This document shows positions 1-9,600 of a stretch of 32,000 bases of DNA, piece by piece; position 1 is the stretch's first letter; every line of letters begins with the position of its first letter. Source of the stretch: Candidatus Hermodarchaeota archaeon (GTDB lineage Archaea; Asgardarchaeota; Heimdallarchaeia; Hodarchaeales; Hodarchaeaceae); assembly GCA_048886185.1 (NCBI GenBank), contig JBHLKY010000013.1, positions 1-32,000 on the forward strand, given 5' to 3'. The position numbers and the translations under genes were made by a program. Below the pieces are notes generated by a model that was given only the letters and a program-made list of their open reading frames with translations, ran no database searches and was not told the origin of the DNA.

Positions 1-3000
1 CTTGCTGGCTTACGGAATGCTACTGGGAGTGCAGACTTTGACAATGAGGTTCCCTTTGACCTCACCTATTCAGGGGGTTATGAGCTGACCTATACTGTCA
101 GCAGTGGGGAAACCGATAATGGTGATGATGTCATCATTACTGTATATGATCGAGTGGGGAATAGTATCACAAGGACTCTGAATTGTGTGCTTGACAATGC
201 TGCTCCAAGTATTGTTTTGGCTGATACTGCTGTAACAGAAACTTCTGATTTCACTTATTATCCACAAGATGGCACTCAAATTCTATGGTATAGCAATAAG
301 ATGTCTGGGGATATTAATATCGAAATTACGATCACATCAGATGATGGATCTGATTCAGGAGTTCAAGCTGTCGAGTTTCCTGCATTATTTAATGAGGTAA
401 TTCCTATCAATGATACTACAGTTGGATTTTTCCAGATATACACAATATCAACCGATAGTAATGATAATGGGACTTTCATTTTTACCAGCTTTGACAATGT
501 TGGAAATTCTGCAACAGTTACACTAGATATTATCCGCGATAACCAAGTCCCCGATCAATCCTCTATTAGTGCGATTATAGAAAGCTCTGTCTATATTCAC
601 AGAAATCCAACATATTCACGACTTTGGTATTCTGACCTCATGGGTAGTACATCTGTTCCTGTAAATATCGTGTTGACGGGCATTGATCCTGGATTGACTG
701 CTGCTGGTTTAGCTACCATTACTTTTCCGACTATTGGTGATGAATCACCTGGTAACATTACTTCTGGTACTTCTAGCTATTCAGTGATTTATAATCTCAC
801 TGATTCTGATAGCACTACTGGAGTTTTATCCTTTATTGTATATGATCGTGTAGGTAATCAATATCAGATCCCTCTTGAGGTTATTAATGATATTACAATT
901 CCTTCAATCCAATTTAATGATGTAGAAAACCCCATTTACGATCCTAATGCCAATGAATTGGATGATATTGGCAATTGGTATGATCAAGCCGAACTCACAG
1001 GGGGTTATTCTATTATCTCTCAACCTAGTGATCCATTAAGTGGTACTAGGCAAGGTAGTGGCGTTTATACCGTTTTTCTTGACTGGGATAGTACGAATAA
1101 TCCTGATGATCAACCTTCTTTTGATATAGGCGCTGATGGTGATCATAATGTAATTGGCTTGACTGATGATGCAGATGCAAATATTACTATAACTTTAATT
1201 GTAGTAGATAATGTCAATAATTCATTCCAGAGAAGTATTACTATCCGTTTCGACAATACAGATCCTGTATGTCCTGATCTTACCACGTTACACCAGAATG
1301 GCCCTATTATTTCCCTTGTTGGATCAGCTACAGACACTAGATCTGGAATTCAAAATATTACTCTTACTGATCTTAGTGCTTCCCAACACTTCCCCAACCT
1401 TATTACTAGTGGTTTTGATAGTTGGATTCTTGAGAATTCATCTTCTCTAGATGTGGATATTGTTCCTGGTCAAAATATAACTATTAATGTGGCTGTTTTT
1501 GATAATGTAAACAATAAATACAGTTACAATTCAACCATTACTTTTCATACCCTCAAATTCCTTGTTTTTACTTCTAATATTCCTAAGCGCGTCGAAATTG
1601 ACAATCCAAATCCCTTGAAATGGAATATCACCATAGGCTTCGAGTTTGATGGCACACTAATTGATAATAATGATAAGATAATAGATCGATTTCTCAACCA
1701 ATCAACTCTATTGACGCAATTTAGTGCTTGGATCAATGGAACATCCCTTCCAATCAAGGATGGTTCTTTAATTTGGCTCCCTGGCCCCCAGTTTCAATTT
1801 ACGGTCATTCTTCCAGATAGTTCTAGTTCCCTAGATGTGTTGAAGCATCTCCCTCTTGGGGAAACCCTCAGTAAAGACATTCGTGTTGAGTGGAATATCA
1901 CCACAGCTTTCATTGATGTTTTAATCAATCATACAAAGTCGAAAGTTGTGTCTTATCATGATCTTGAAATCCTCTACTTAAATGATGATATCAGTATTAC
2001 TGAAACAGATAATCCCGATATTATGAATATCGTTCTGCACCTCAGGAAAGATCATCAAGCTCTTGATACCTGGTCTGGTGTGTTAGAGTTCACTCTCAAT
2101 GGGGGAACTGCGATTATTGAGGGGGCTATTTCTCCAGAAGGAGTCGGTACGGGTAATTGGAGTATTCCTATTCGACTTCCGTCTGGATTACTACCTGGAT
2201 TGAAGGATATTTCTTTCTTATGGCGTTATGATCTTGGAGATTACTATTACGTAACTGAATTTAATACGAGCACTGATGTAGTCAATTATCATGATATCAA
2301 CATTACTGCTAATATTCCATCCCAGCTGTTCGAGATCGATGATGACTTCAATTTCACAGTCTATTTCACGATCACTGAGGATTATGGGAATGGTTCTGGA
2401 CCAATCCCTATTCTTGGTTTACAAAGCACAAATTTAACTGCTTTTAGAATATTGAATAACGATCTGTTTAACCAGACATGGAATTTCACAGATCTCGGTG
2501 GACTGGGTGATTATGCATTCAATTTCACGCTTTATGAAGCTAATACTTCTGAGTCATGGTTGGGTTCTCGATCAGTTTTCTTCAAAATAATTAGTTCAAC
2601 TGGCTTATTTGAGTGGGGTCAAGCAATAATTTTAGGACATGACCTCCAAATGACTATCCTCTCAATTGAAACTCTTACTGGGATTCAAATCTTTGATCCC
2701 GATGAACGTACTTCCTTTGTAATGGAAATTAAGGTTCGAGATAATAACGGAACAGGACCGATTAATGTTGTTGGTTTAGATGCTAGTAATTTCATTCAAA
2801 TATTTATGCAGAATGTAGATCAGGAAAATCAAAATACTACCATAATCTCTAGTGAAGACTGGCAAGAGTTAGCTACTCCTGGTGAATATAGAATTACATT
2901 TGTTTTGGAAGCACTTGCGGCGAGTCAGCTATCCCTTGGAGACATAAGAGTAGAGTTATCTATCAATGACACGAATGGGCATCGTATTGTTCAATCAATT

Positions 3001-6000
3001 ATTGAATTAGTAAGTAGAGATACGGTCGATTTATTAGGACTAGAATGGATCAGTACGCCATTTGGTACCTTTTTCTTTAATGATGTAACTGCAAGGATGG
3101 ATTATACTTTTCGTGTAACTGTAGGCCAAAAATTGAGTGTGTGTTTCAGAATATACAAACTAGAGGAACCCCCAGGGTCTATTTCAGACGCAAATGTTAC
3201 AGTTTTCTGGAACACACCTTGGAATATTACTAATCCAGAGCAAAGTCATCCCACCAGCAGATACATTACTTTGAATCTTACTTCAAATATTGTGTATCGT
3301 CAGAAATTTGTTGCTTATGTTGAAAACAATCTAGAAAAACAGCTCCAATTACAACCATGGTCTTTCTTTGTTGAATGGGATGAGATTCGTGCTGACCCAA
3401 TAGCGATTGACGATAGTACAGACGATGATGAAGCGAGTGTGTTAAATATCGACGGGAACTATACTCTCACTTATACAGCGAAATTTGACCGTTCTAATAT
3501 TAATGTAAAAGGCTCTCAATTTGAAATTGGTATTAATTTATATCAGTTCGATGGAATTGATTGGATTCTTTATGATGGAAATTTAACTGAACAGCTAGGG
3601 GGGACAAATACCTTAGATCATGATCTCATTAATGGTTTGACAACTATCCTACATCAAGATGGAAATGGATCAAGAATATTCTTTTTCGAGAAAGAAGGGA
3701 TAATTGTTGGGAAGATGTACATTGCAGATGTTGAAAATTCATTCCTGTTAGCAGATGGGCAGATCAAGTTAATTCTTCAGTTCTATGATATTTTCAAAGT
3801 AAATATCAATTTCAGGACTATAAATGAGACGGGAGACGATGTTACATATCGATACTATCCATCTTATTATACTGGATCAGGGCCAGTATATTCTTCTGTG
3901 AATGAAACTTCTCAAACCGTATTTCAGGATACATTAATCTGGACAAAGTTCAATGTACGGATGTGGGTCGATGATGATCGAATCCCCCAGCTCACTCCAG
4001 GAACAGTCTATCTAGAAGCCTACTATGCTCATAACGCTTCATGGATACTTGATGATGAGGTGTATATTTATATAGTTGATACTTCTCTTGAACTTACACA
4101 ACCAATAGCACGGAACGAGTGGGAGTACAACCATATCATCACATTCTCTAATCTGATTTCAGGTTGGGATGCTTCGAATGGTTGGAAAGCCAAATATAAC
4201 ATTTCTTCATTTGAAGATTCTCGATATGGAATTTCTGGATTTACCGATAAATTCACCCAAGAATCAGATGTATTTGTTGAGATCATCTGGGATCAAATTG
4301 TTTTCGAGTTCTCCTTACCTGAACCTTGGGGAGAAAATCTACGATTTAATGTCAATACTTCCGCATACATTCAGGTTGTGGCTTATTATTTATATGATAA
4401 GCAACCATTTATAGGAACATTCTTTACTCGTCACGGTTATAATCCACCATTACTCACTTCTATTTCATTAGGTTCTAGAACTTGGGGGAATGAATCAGTA
4501 ATATTCTCAGTTCAACCAGGTGCTAGAGAAAAAGAATTCCATGGTCAAAAATATTTTATACTTGAAAATGTCACTGAAGATTTTTGGGAGTTAAATGGGA
4601 CAAAGGAAGGCGTAGGGTATCGTGTTTCATACAATTTTGATGACCTCTTATTGCTATTAAAGTGGGATCGTATAATTGTAGATTTTGATCTCAATATTGA
4701 ATCACCTAAAGCTGGAGATAATGTAAAGGTAACAATTAACGCATATTACGAGAGTAATCCAGAAAAACATTTGAATACAGCAGACTTTTCCTTCCTAATC
4801 TATAGGGATGGTCAACCCTTCCTAAACGCAAGTGGTAACGAACTTTTCTTCCATTATCATGAATTATATCCTATAAACCATACTTATGAGATGATATATG
4901 CGCACGACTCAAGGACTAATTTAACTGGTGCCTTTACTGTCGCATTTGAACCTAATCCCCGTATAACAATAACATGGAATGATCTGCAACCACCACGGTT
5001 AATTGAACAAAGAATCATTGATTTTGGTAATGGAACTATTGGTTTCCTAGTGATGGTTACAGATGACCAACCAGAAGAATATTTTGGGAGTGGGATTCAG
5101 AGTGTTATAGTGGAACTTAAAGTTCAAGAGTCACCTTTTGGTCAATGGTCAAAACTTAACTTAACAAGATATAAAGATACACTAACATTCTTTGGGACAA
5201 TTAACTCTTCACCTGATGATCCTCGTGAGTATTTCCATTATGGTGAAAGAATTAGATATAATATCAGTATAATTGATTTTGTTGAAAACCTAGAAACAGA
5301 ATCTTTCTCAAAACATCTAGACTATGATAGTGAAATCCCAAGAATCAGTCCGATAATGTGGAATTATTCATTAGAAGTCGATGGAAATCTGAATATATCA
5401 TTCATTGCTTCAGACAATTGGTCTGGTTTAAGGAAAGCAATTATACGTATATTTAATGAGAACTTAAACAAGTGGGCAGAAATAAAAGAAATGAATCGTA
5501 TTAATCAAACTTCAGATTCTTTACAAGATATAGCTTTATATTGGATCAACTATAATTTTACTGTTGGTTTTACCTATAAATATGAAATCACCGTTATAGA
5601 TGTATCAGGAAAATCTTATGTGGATCGTGGAAATATCCTAGTTATTGATAAGTCAGCACCGCGCGTAGAATCCATTAAATTTGAATATAGAGATTTTGGT
5701 CAATTTTTCATAAGCTTAACAGTAGTAGATAATGGATCGTTGATTGATACAGTAGTACTCACCTATCAAATAGGTGAAAATCAAACTTCAATCAGTTTAG
5801 CGAGAGTAGTGGAAGGTGGTGGAGGATCAAGTTTTCAAGAAAATAATTATCTGGACTCACAGTCGTTTTCTAAAAATTTTGTCATTGCTCCAGATTTGAT
5901 TAGCTCAAAAACTGTGTTATTCTCTCTAATAATTACTGATTCCGAAGGAAATCAACGTAAAATACCTCACTCTGAGATATCTCAATATTTAACAGGATCA

Positions 6001-6684
6001 AAACCTAATGGGTTTAATATTCCTTCAATTTCAACAGACATTATATATCGAATCGAATTTCTATTCATTATTGTGATATTTGTATTTAGTGTTGCTATTG
6101 TTAGTGTACGCAGATTCCGCACTATTAGCGGATTTGAAAAGAAAAAGGTTCTCGAAGAGTTAGTAAAGATATCTGAAAATGAAGTTTGGCAGGAAAATGA
6201 TAACATTTCAATTGGATTATTTGTGAATTTCTTTGATCAGGTCAAAGGGCCTGTACCCATTATTTGGTTCCCAGATAAACCAAATATATCTGAAAAAATG
6301 CGGTTTTCTTTAGCTGATAGATCATTCTCAACATTAGGTTTTGTTAGCAATGCGAGTGAGGAGAAAGATGCAACTTTCCGTTATCATTTTGCTGGTGACA
6401 ACTGTATGGCATTTGGGTATGCTTTTGCGATTGAGAAACCTGAAGCCCGTGGAGGTCAAGAAAATCTTTCAATCTGCTTCTTGATACGTCCACCATGGGG
6501 TAATCTTGAAAATCTTAATAAATTCAGAAGTGAATTAGTTGAACATTTTCAACAAATTAGTGAACTAATTAAATCAGATTCAGATGTAAAAATCATTCAG
6601 CAAAAGATGCAAAACACACGTAACTTTTTTACACGAGCGATGTTAACATTCAGAAGAAAATACAGGCAGGAGTTTTTAGAATAG
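1..6684 (+). CDS. Giant single-pass surface protein (5'-truncated, >2227 aa): Ig-like repeat ectodomain, TM helix, cytoplasmic longin/uDENN-like domain
   Basis: Frame 1 is open from base 1 (LAGLRNATGSADFDNEV...YDRVGN); the track's 'M' at 154 is the GTG/Val inside a YDRVGN repeat motif, so the true start lies upstream of the window. Repeated DxVGN...DNxxP beta modules; TM IEFLFIIVIFVFSVAIVSV (~6052-6108) followed by RRFR; cytoplasmic FFDQVKGPVP, DRSFS and EARGGQENLSI motifs. Confidence 0.85.
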   Translation, partial: LAGLRNATGSADFDNEVPFDLTYSGGYELTYTVSSGETDNGDDVIITVYDRVGNSITRTLNCVLDNAAPSIVLADTAVTETSDFTYYPQDGTQILWYSNKMSGDINIEITITSDDGSDSGVQAVEFPALFNEVIPINDTTVGFFQIYTISTDSNDNGTFIFTSFDNVGNSATVTLDIIRDNQVPDQSSISAIIESSVYIHRNPTYSRLWYSDLMGSTSVPVNIVLTGIDPGLTAAGLATITFPTIGDESPGNITSGTSSYSVIYNLTDSDSTTGVLSFIVYDRVGNQYQIPLEVINDITIPSIQFNDVENPIYDPNANELDDIGNWYDQAELTGGYSIISQPSDPLSGTRQGSGVYTVFLDWDSTNNPDDQPSFDIGADGDHNVIGLTDDADANITITLIVVDNVNNSFQRSITIRFDNTDPVCPDLTTLHQNGPIISLVGSATDTRSGIQNITLTDLSASQHFPNLITSGFDSWILENSSSLDVDIVPGQNITINVAVFDNVNNKYSYNSTITFHTLKFLVFTSNIPKRVEIDNPNPLKWNITIGFEFDGTLIDNNDKIIDRFLNQSTLLTQFSAWINGTSLPIKDGSLIWLPGPQFQFTVILPDSSSSLDVLKHLPLGETLSKDIRVEWNITTAFIDVLINHTKSKVVSYHDLEILYLNDDISITETDNPDIMNIVLHLRKDHQALDTWSGVLEFTLNGGTAIIEGAISPEGVGTGNWSIPIRLPSGLLPGLKDISFLWRYDLGDYYYVTEFNTSTDVVNYHDINITANIPSQLFEIDDDFNFTVYFTITEDYGNGSGPIPILGLQSTNLTAFRILNNDLFNQTWNFTDLGGLGDYAFNFTLYEANTSESWLGSRSVFFKIISSTGLFEWGQAIILGHDLQMTILSIETLTGIQIFDPDERTSFVMEIKVRDNNGTGPINVVGLDASNFIQIFMQNVDQENQNTTIISSEDWQELATPGEYRITFVLEALAASQLSLGDIRVELSINDTNGHRIVQSIIELVSRDTVDLLGLEWISTPFGTFFFNDVTARMDYTFRVTVGQKLSVCFRIYKLEEPPGSISDANVTVFWNTPWNITNPEQSHPTSRYITLNLTSNIVYRQKFVAYVENNLEKQLQLQPWSFFVEWDEIRADPIAIDDSTDDDEASVLNIDGNYTLTYTAKFDRSNINVKGSQFEIGINLYQFDGIDWILYDGNLTEQLGGTNTLDHDLINGLTTILHQDGNGSRIFFFEKEGIIVGKMYIADVENSFLLADGQIKLILQFYDIFKVNINFRTINETGDDVTYRYYPSYYTGSGPVYSSVNETSQTVFQDTLIWTKFNVRMWVDDDRIPQLTPGTVYLEAYYAHNASWILDDEVYIYIVDTSLELTQPIARNEWEYNHIITFSNLISGWDASNGWKAKYNISSFEDSRYGISGFTDKFTQESDVFVEIIWDQIVFEFSLPEPWGENLRFNVNTSAYIQVVAYYLYDKQPFIGTFFTRHGYNPPLLTSISLGSRTWGNESVIFSVQPGAREKEFHGQKYFILENVTEDFWELNGTKEGVGYRVSYNFDDLLLLLKWDRIIVDFDLNIESPKAGDNVKVTINAYYESNPEKHLNTADFSFLIYRDGQPFLNASGNELFFHYHELYPINHTYEMIYAHDSRTNLTGAFTVAFEPNPRITITWNDLQPPRLIEQRIIDFGNGTIGFLVMVTDDQPEEYFGSGIQSVIVELKVQESPFGQWSKLNLTRYKDTLTFFGTINSSPDDPREYFHYGERIRYNISIIDFVENLETESFSKHLDYDSEIPRISPIMWNYSLEVDGNLNISFIASDNWSGLRKAIIRIFNENLNKWAEIKEMNRINQTSDSLQDIALYWINYNFTVGFTYKYEITVIDVSGKSYVDRGNILVIDKSAPRVESIKFEYRDFGQFFISLTVVDNGSLIDTVVLTYQIGENQTSISLARVVEGGGGSSFQENNYLDSQSFSKNFVIAPDLISSKTVLFSLIITDSEGNQRKIPHSEISQYLTGSKPNGFNIPSISTDIIYRIEFLFIIVIFVFSVAIVSVRRFRTISGFEKKKVLEELVKISENEVWQENDNISIGLFVNFFDQVKGPVPIIWFPDKPNISEKMRFSLADRSFSTLGFVSNASEEKDATFRYHFAGDNCMAFGYAFAIEKPEARGGQENLSICFLIRPPWGNLENLNKFRSELVEHFQQISELIKSDSDVKIIQQKMQNTRNFFTRAMLTFRRKYRQEFLE
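145..1515 (+). repeat. Five N-terminal Ig-like protein repeats with D-x-V-(G/N)-N motif
   Basis: YDRVGN, FDNVGN, YDRVGN, VDNVNN, FDNVNN with Asp codons at 148, 493, 844, 1207, 1501 (spacing 115, 117, 121, 98 aa); the first four are followed by a DNxxP/DITIP linker. DNA is diverged, so these are old duplications. Confidence 0.75.
3376..4977 (+). repeat. Four ~104-188 aa ectodomain repeats bounded by a W(D/T)xI-type motif (protein 1)
   Basis: Trp codons at 3376 (EWDEI), 3940 (IWTKF), 4288 (IWDQI), 4663 (KWDRI), 4975 (TWND); internal AYY-type motifs (EAYYAHN, VAYYLYD, NAYYESN). Confidence 0.6.
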
Positions 6685-6690
6685 TGCTAT

Positions 6691-9600
6691 ATGGAGGAAA
6701 AAAAAGAGTTGATGATGAACAAATACCCTCATAAATTATTCTATATTTTCATAATACTCATATTATCTGGAACATTTTTTTGGGATATTTTATCCAGTTA
6801 TAAGCCAAGGGAGATACTTATTGTAACAGATGATTCTCAAAACTCCAAAACTATCCGACTTATGTCCTCAGCCCCATTAACCCAGAATAAGATTCATAAC
6901 TTAACTCAACCAGAGATTAATCCTCCATTAGTAAATAATGAAGATGATATAATTCCCGTTCAAGGCCTAAATGTGCCTAATAATACCACATTCCTACATC
7001 CAACCTTCAAGATCACCTCATCAAATGATGTGGCCATCGATAAAATAAATCCTGAAGCAATGGAGATTAACGCAAGTTCAATGACTTTTTTATTAAATTT
7101 TACAATAGTTGGAGCGATTGGACAGGGTTCCACTGCGTTTGAGAAATTAACACTCAACAACACTGTAGAGAATTACCAAATTGCTACTTGGAGTGATTGG
7201 CAATTTAGCCCCTTCAATGACCATTACTCCCTGATATTTACTCTCAATAACTCATTTTTTTCAAGTTTATCTCTTGGGAATTACGATTTAACGTTATTTA
7301 CGAATATCTTGGGTCACAGGTCAAACGATTCCATTCCGTTACCAATGAAAGATTTACAAATAACGATTAATAGTATATCACCACCTCAATTTAACAATAA
7401 ACTTGATGAAGATCAAAGATTCAACATTACAATAACTATACAGGAGTATGATGGAGTCAATACTCAAAAAATTAATAAATTACCTCCAATCCTTGATAAA
7501 GATTCCAGAAACATAAATCCGAATGTTACTATCATCTCTGCTACTCAAGAAGAATCGGCCCCACTACATTTTGTGCGATTCATAAGTAATTCAACCTCAG
7601 AAGGGAGATATACATTCGAAGTTAATCTAACACGAGACGACGCGCCTTATTTTGAGGATGGAATGCACACATTAGCCATTAGTGTCACGACATATGAATG
7701 GATAAGAGCAAATGATACAAAGTACAATTATTTTCAAGCGAAAGGTACCATTTACATCGTTAGGCTAAAAGAAATTACTGTAGGATCAAATAATCCCTTA
7801 GATTATAATGAATTAACAAATAATGGAAAAGATCATAAAGAATTTCGTGTTAATATAAACGAATCTATCATTGTTCGTTATGAAGTTGTAGATAATAGCA
7901 CAAACAACCCCCCTAATCCGTTATCGTTGATTGCAGGCCAGTTAATCGGTTATCAGGATCCTAATCGGCCTGATGATCCATTTGCTTTGAATACCTCTAC
8001 CATCCCAGCTTCAGGAAATGGAACCATTTTATTAACAGCAAATGTTCTTACCTCCTCTGATGGATATTCCCTATTATTCTTTGTAAGAGGCCACAGAACG
8101 TCCCAATTGACATGGGGATTTTCTAATATTACTATTTTCTGGGACATTTTATATTATGAATACACTTATTATGATAATTTGGGAGATGTAGGAACAGGGA
8201 ACTGGGAAAATCCCAATTATATTCAAAGAGCGCTAGGAATTGATATCAATGCATGGTGGGCATTTCAGTTAGGTGTTTATTATGCTTCAGATGATTCTCC
8301 TGCATTAAGTTCACAGATTTCTTATCATTTTTCTAACGAGTCATGGCAGGATCTAACAGATGGAGAAGATAATGATTCCCTAGATGGTACTTTTTTAATT
8401 AATCGTACTGAATCAAAGGCCACTGTCCTGAATCTTTCAATTCAAATAATTAATGGATCCATTATTGACCCTCAGGGAACATTGTTTGTCAACAAGACAT
8501 TAGGTGAGGCAAATATTACTATTCCCATAATATGGACTTATTTAATTATTGAAATGACACCTCAAGAATCAGATAGACGACTTGGTACAAATAGGAGGAC
8601 CACAATCAACTTAACTGCATATTGGGCCCATAACACAATTTTATCTTTCAATGGTACTTTGAATGTCATGTACCCCCCTCCGATTGGTTCTGAAATGGGA
8701 TTAATAATAGGATTAACCTTAATAGATGGACAAGTAAATTGGACACAAGGAATAGTCCAGACAAATACAGGTATTTATACCTACAAAGTTTCAGGGATTA
8801 ATCCAAAATTAAATATCTTCGGTGTTGAAACGTTCAAGAATTCAACCGATGGACTAGAAGTTCAAACTAAAATTATCTGGGAGGAAATCTATTTTTCTTT
8901 TTCCCAAGATGGATTGAGTTTTCACGATGACCTAGAATTTTTTGCGAATTTTAATGAAAATGCAACTTTATATTGTTATGGAAACCATACCTTTGATGGA
9001 GAACCTTTCAAAGGAGAGGCTTTTCTTTTAGACTTTGATCGTGCGGATGAATACCCTCTGATTTTTAATGCAAGTGGTATCGCCATATGGGAAGGTGATT
9101 TAACTGAAGTTCGTTTTCCTGTGTCTTTTAGTATTTATGAAATCACTTACTCATCCGAAATAGATTGGGAGGTTTATAAAATTGGAAGGAAGACATATGT
9201 TGTAATTTCTTGGGATAAAATTCTGGTAACCCTTTCAGCTGATCAATCTTATTCCCATGGAACCATAGCGAGAATAGATATAGATTTCGAATATTTAGTT
9301 TATATTGATAAAGATGTTAACGATACTGCCATCGAATTTGACCTCCTCTTAAGTAATGGTTCTACTCTTCATTTTTCTGGGGGAAATAACACTTATTTTT
9401 TTGATTACAGCCATAAGCCAGATGTTCGTTGGTATAATGTATCTGATCTTTATGATGCCAGCACTGGTATAACAGGATTTGAGGCTCGATATAAGTGGAA
9501 TGATATTTTAGATATGACAACACCTCAGTCTGATAAGAATATGACCATCTGTTGGATCGATGATAAGAATCCCTCTATCTTGGAGTATAGTTGGTATGAT

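Noticed and set aside
6682-6693. Gene 1 TAG stop is in frame with gene 2 (TAG TGC TAT ATG), so readthrough or pyrrolysine decoding could fuse them
   Set aside because: One-in-three chance of being in frame; gene 2 has its own signal peptide, and no Pyl genes or recoding signal are visible.
6698-6705. A8 homopolymer at the 5' end of gene 2 as a phase-variation tract
   Set aside because: A7-A8 runs are common in this AT-rich sequence, and the tract may lie upstream of the true start.
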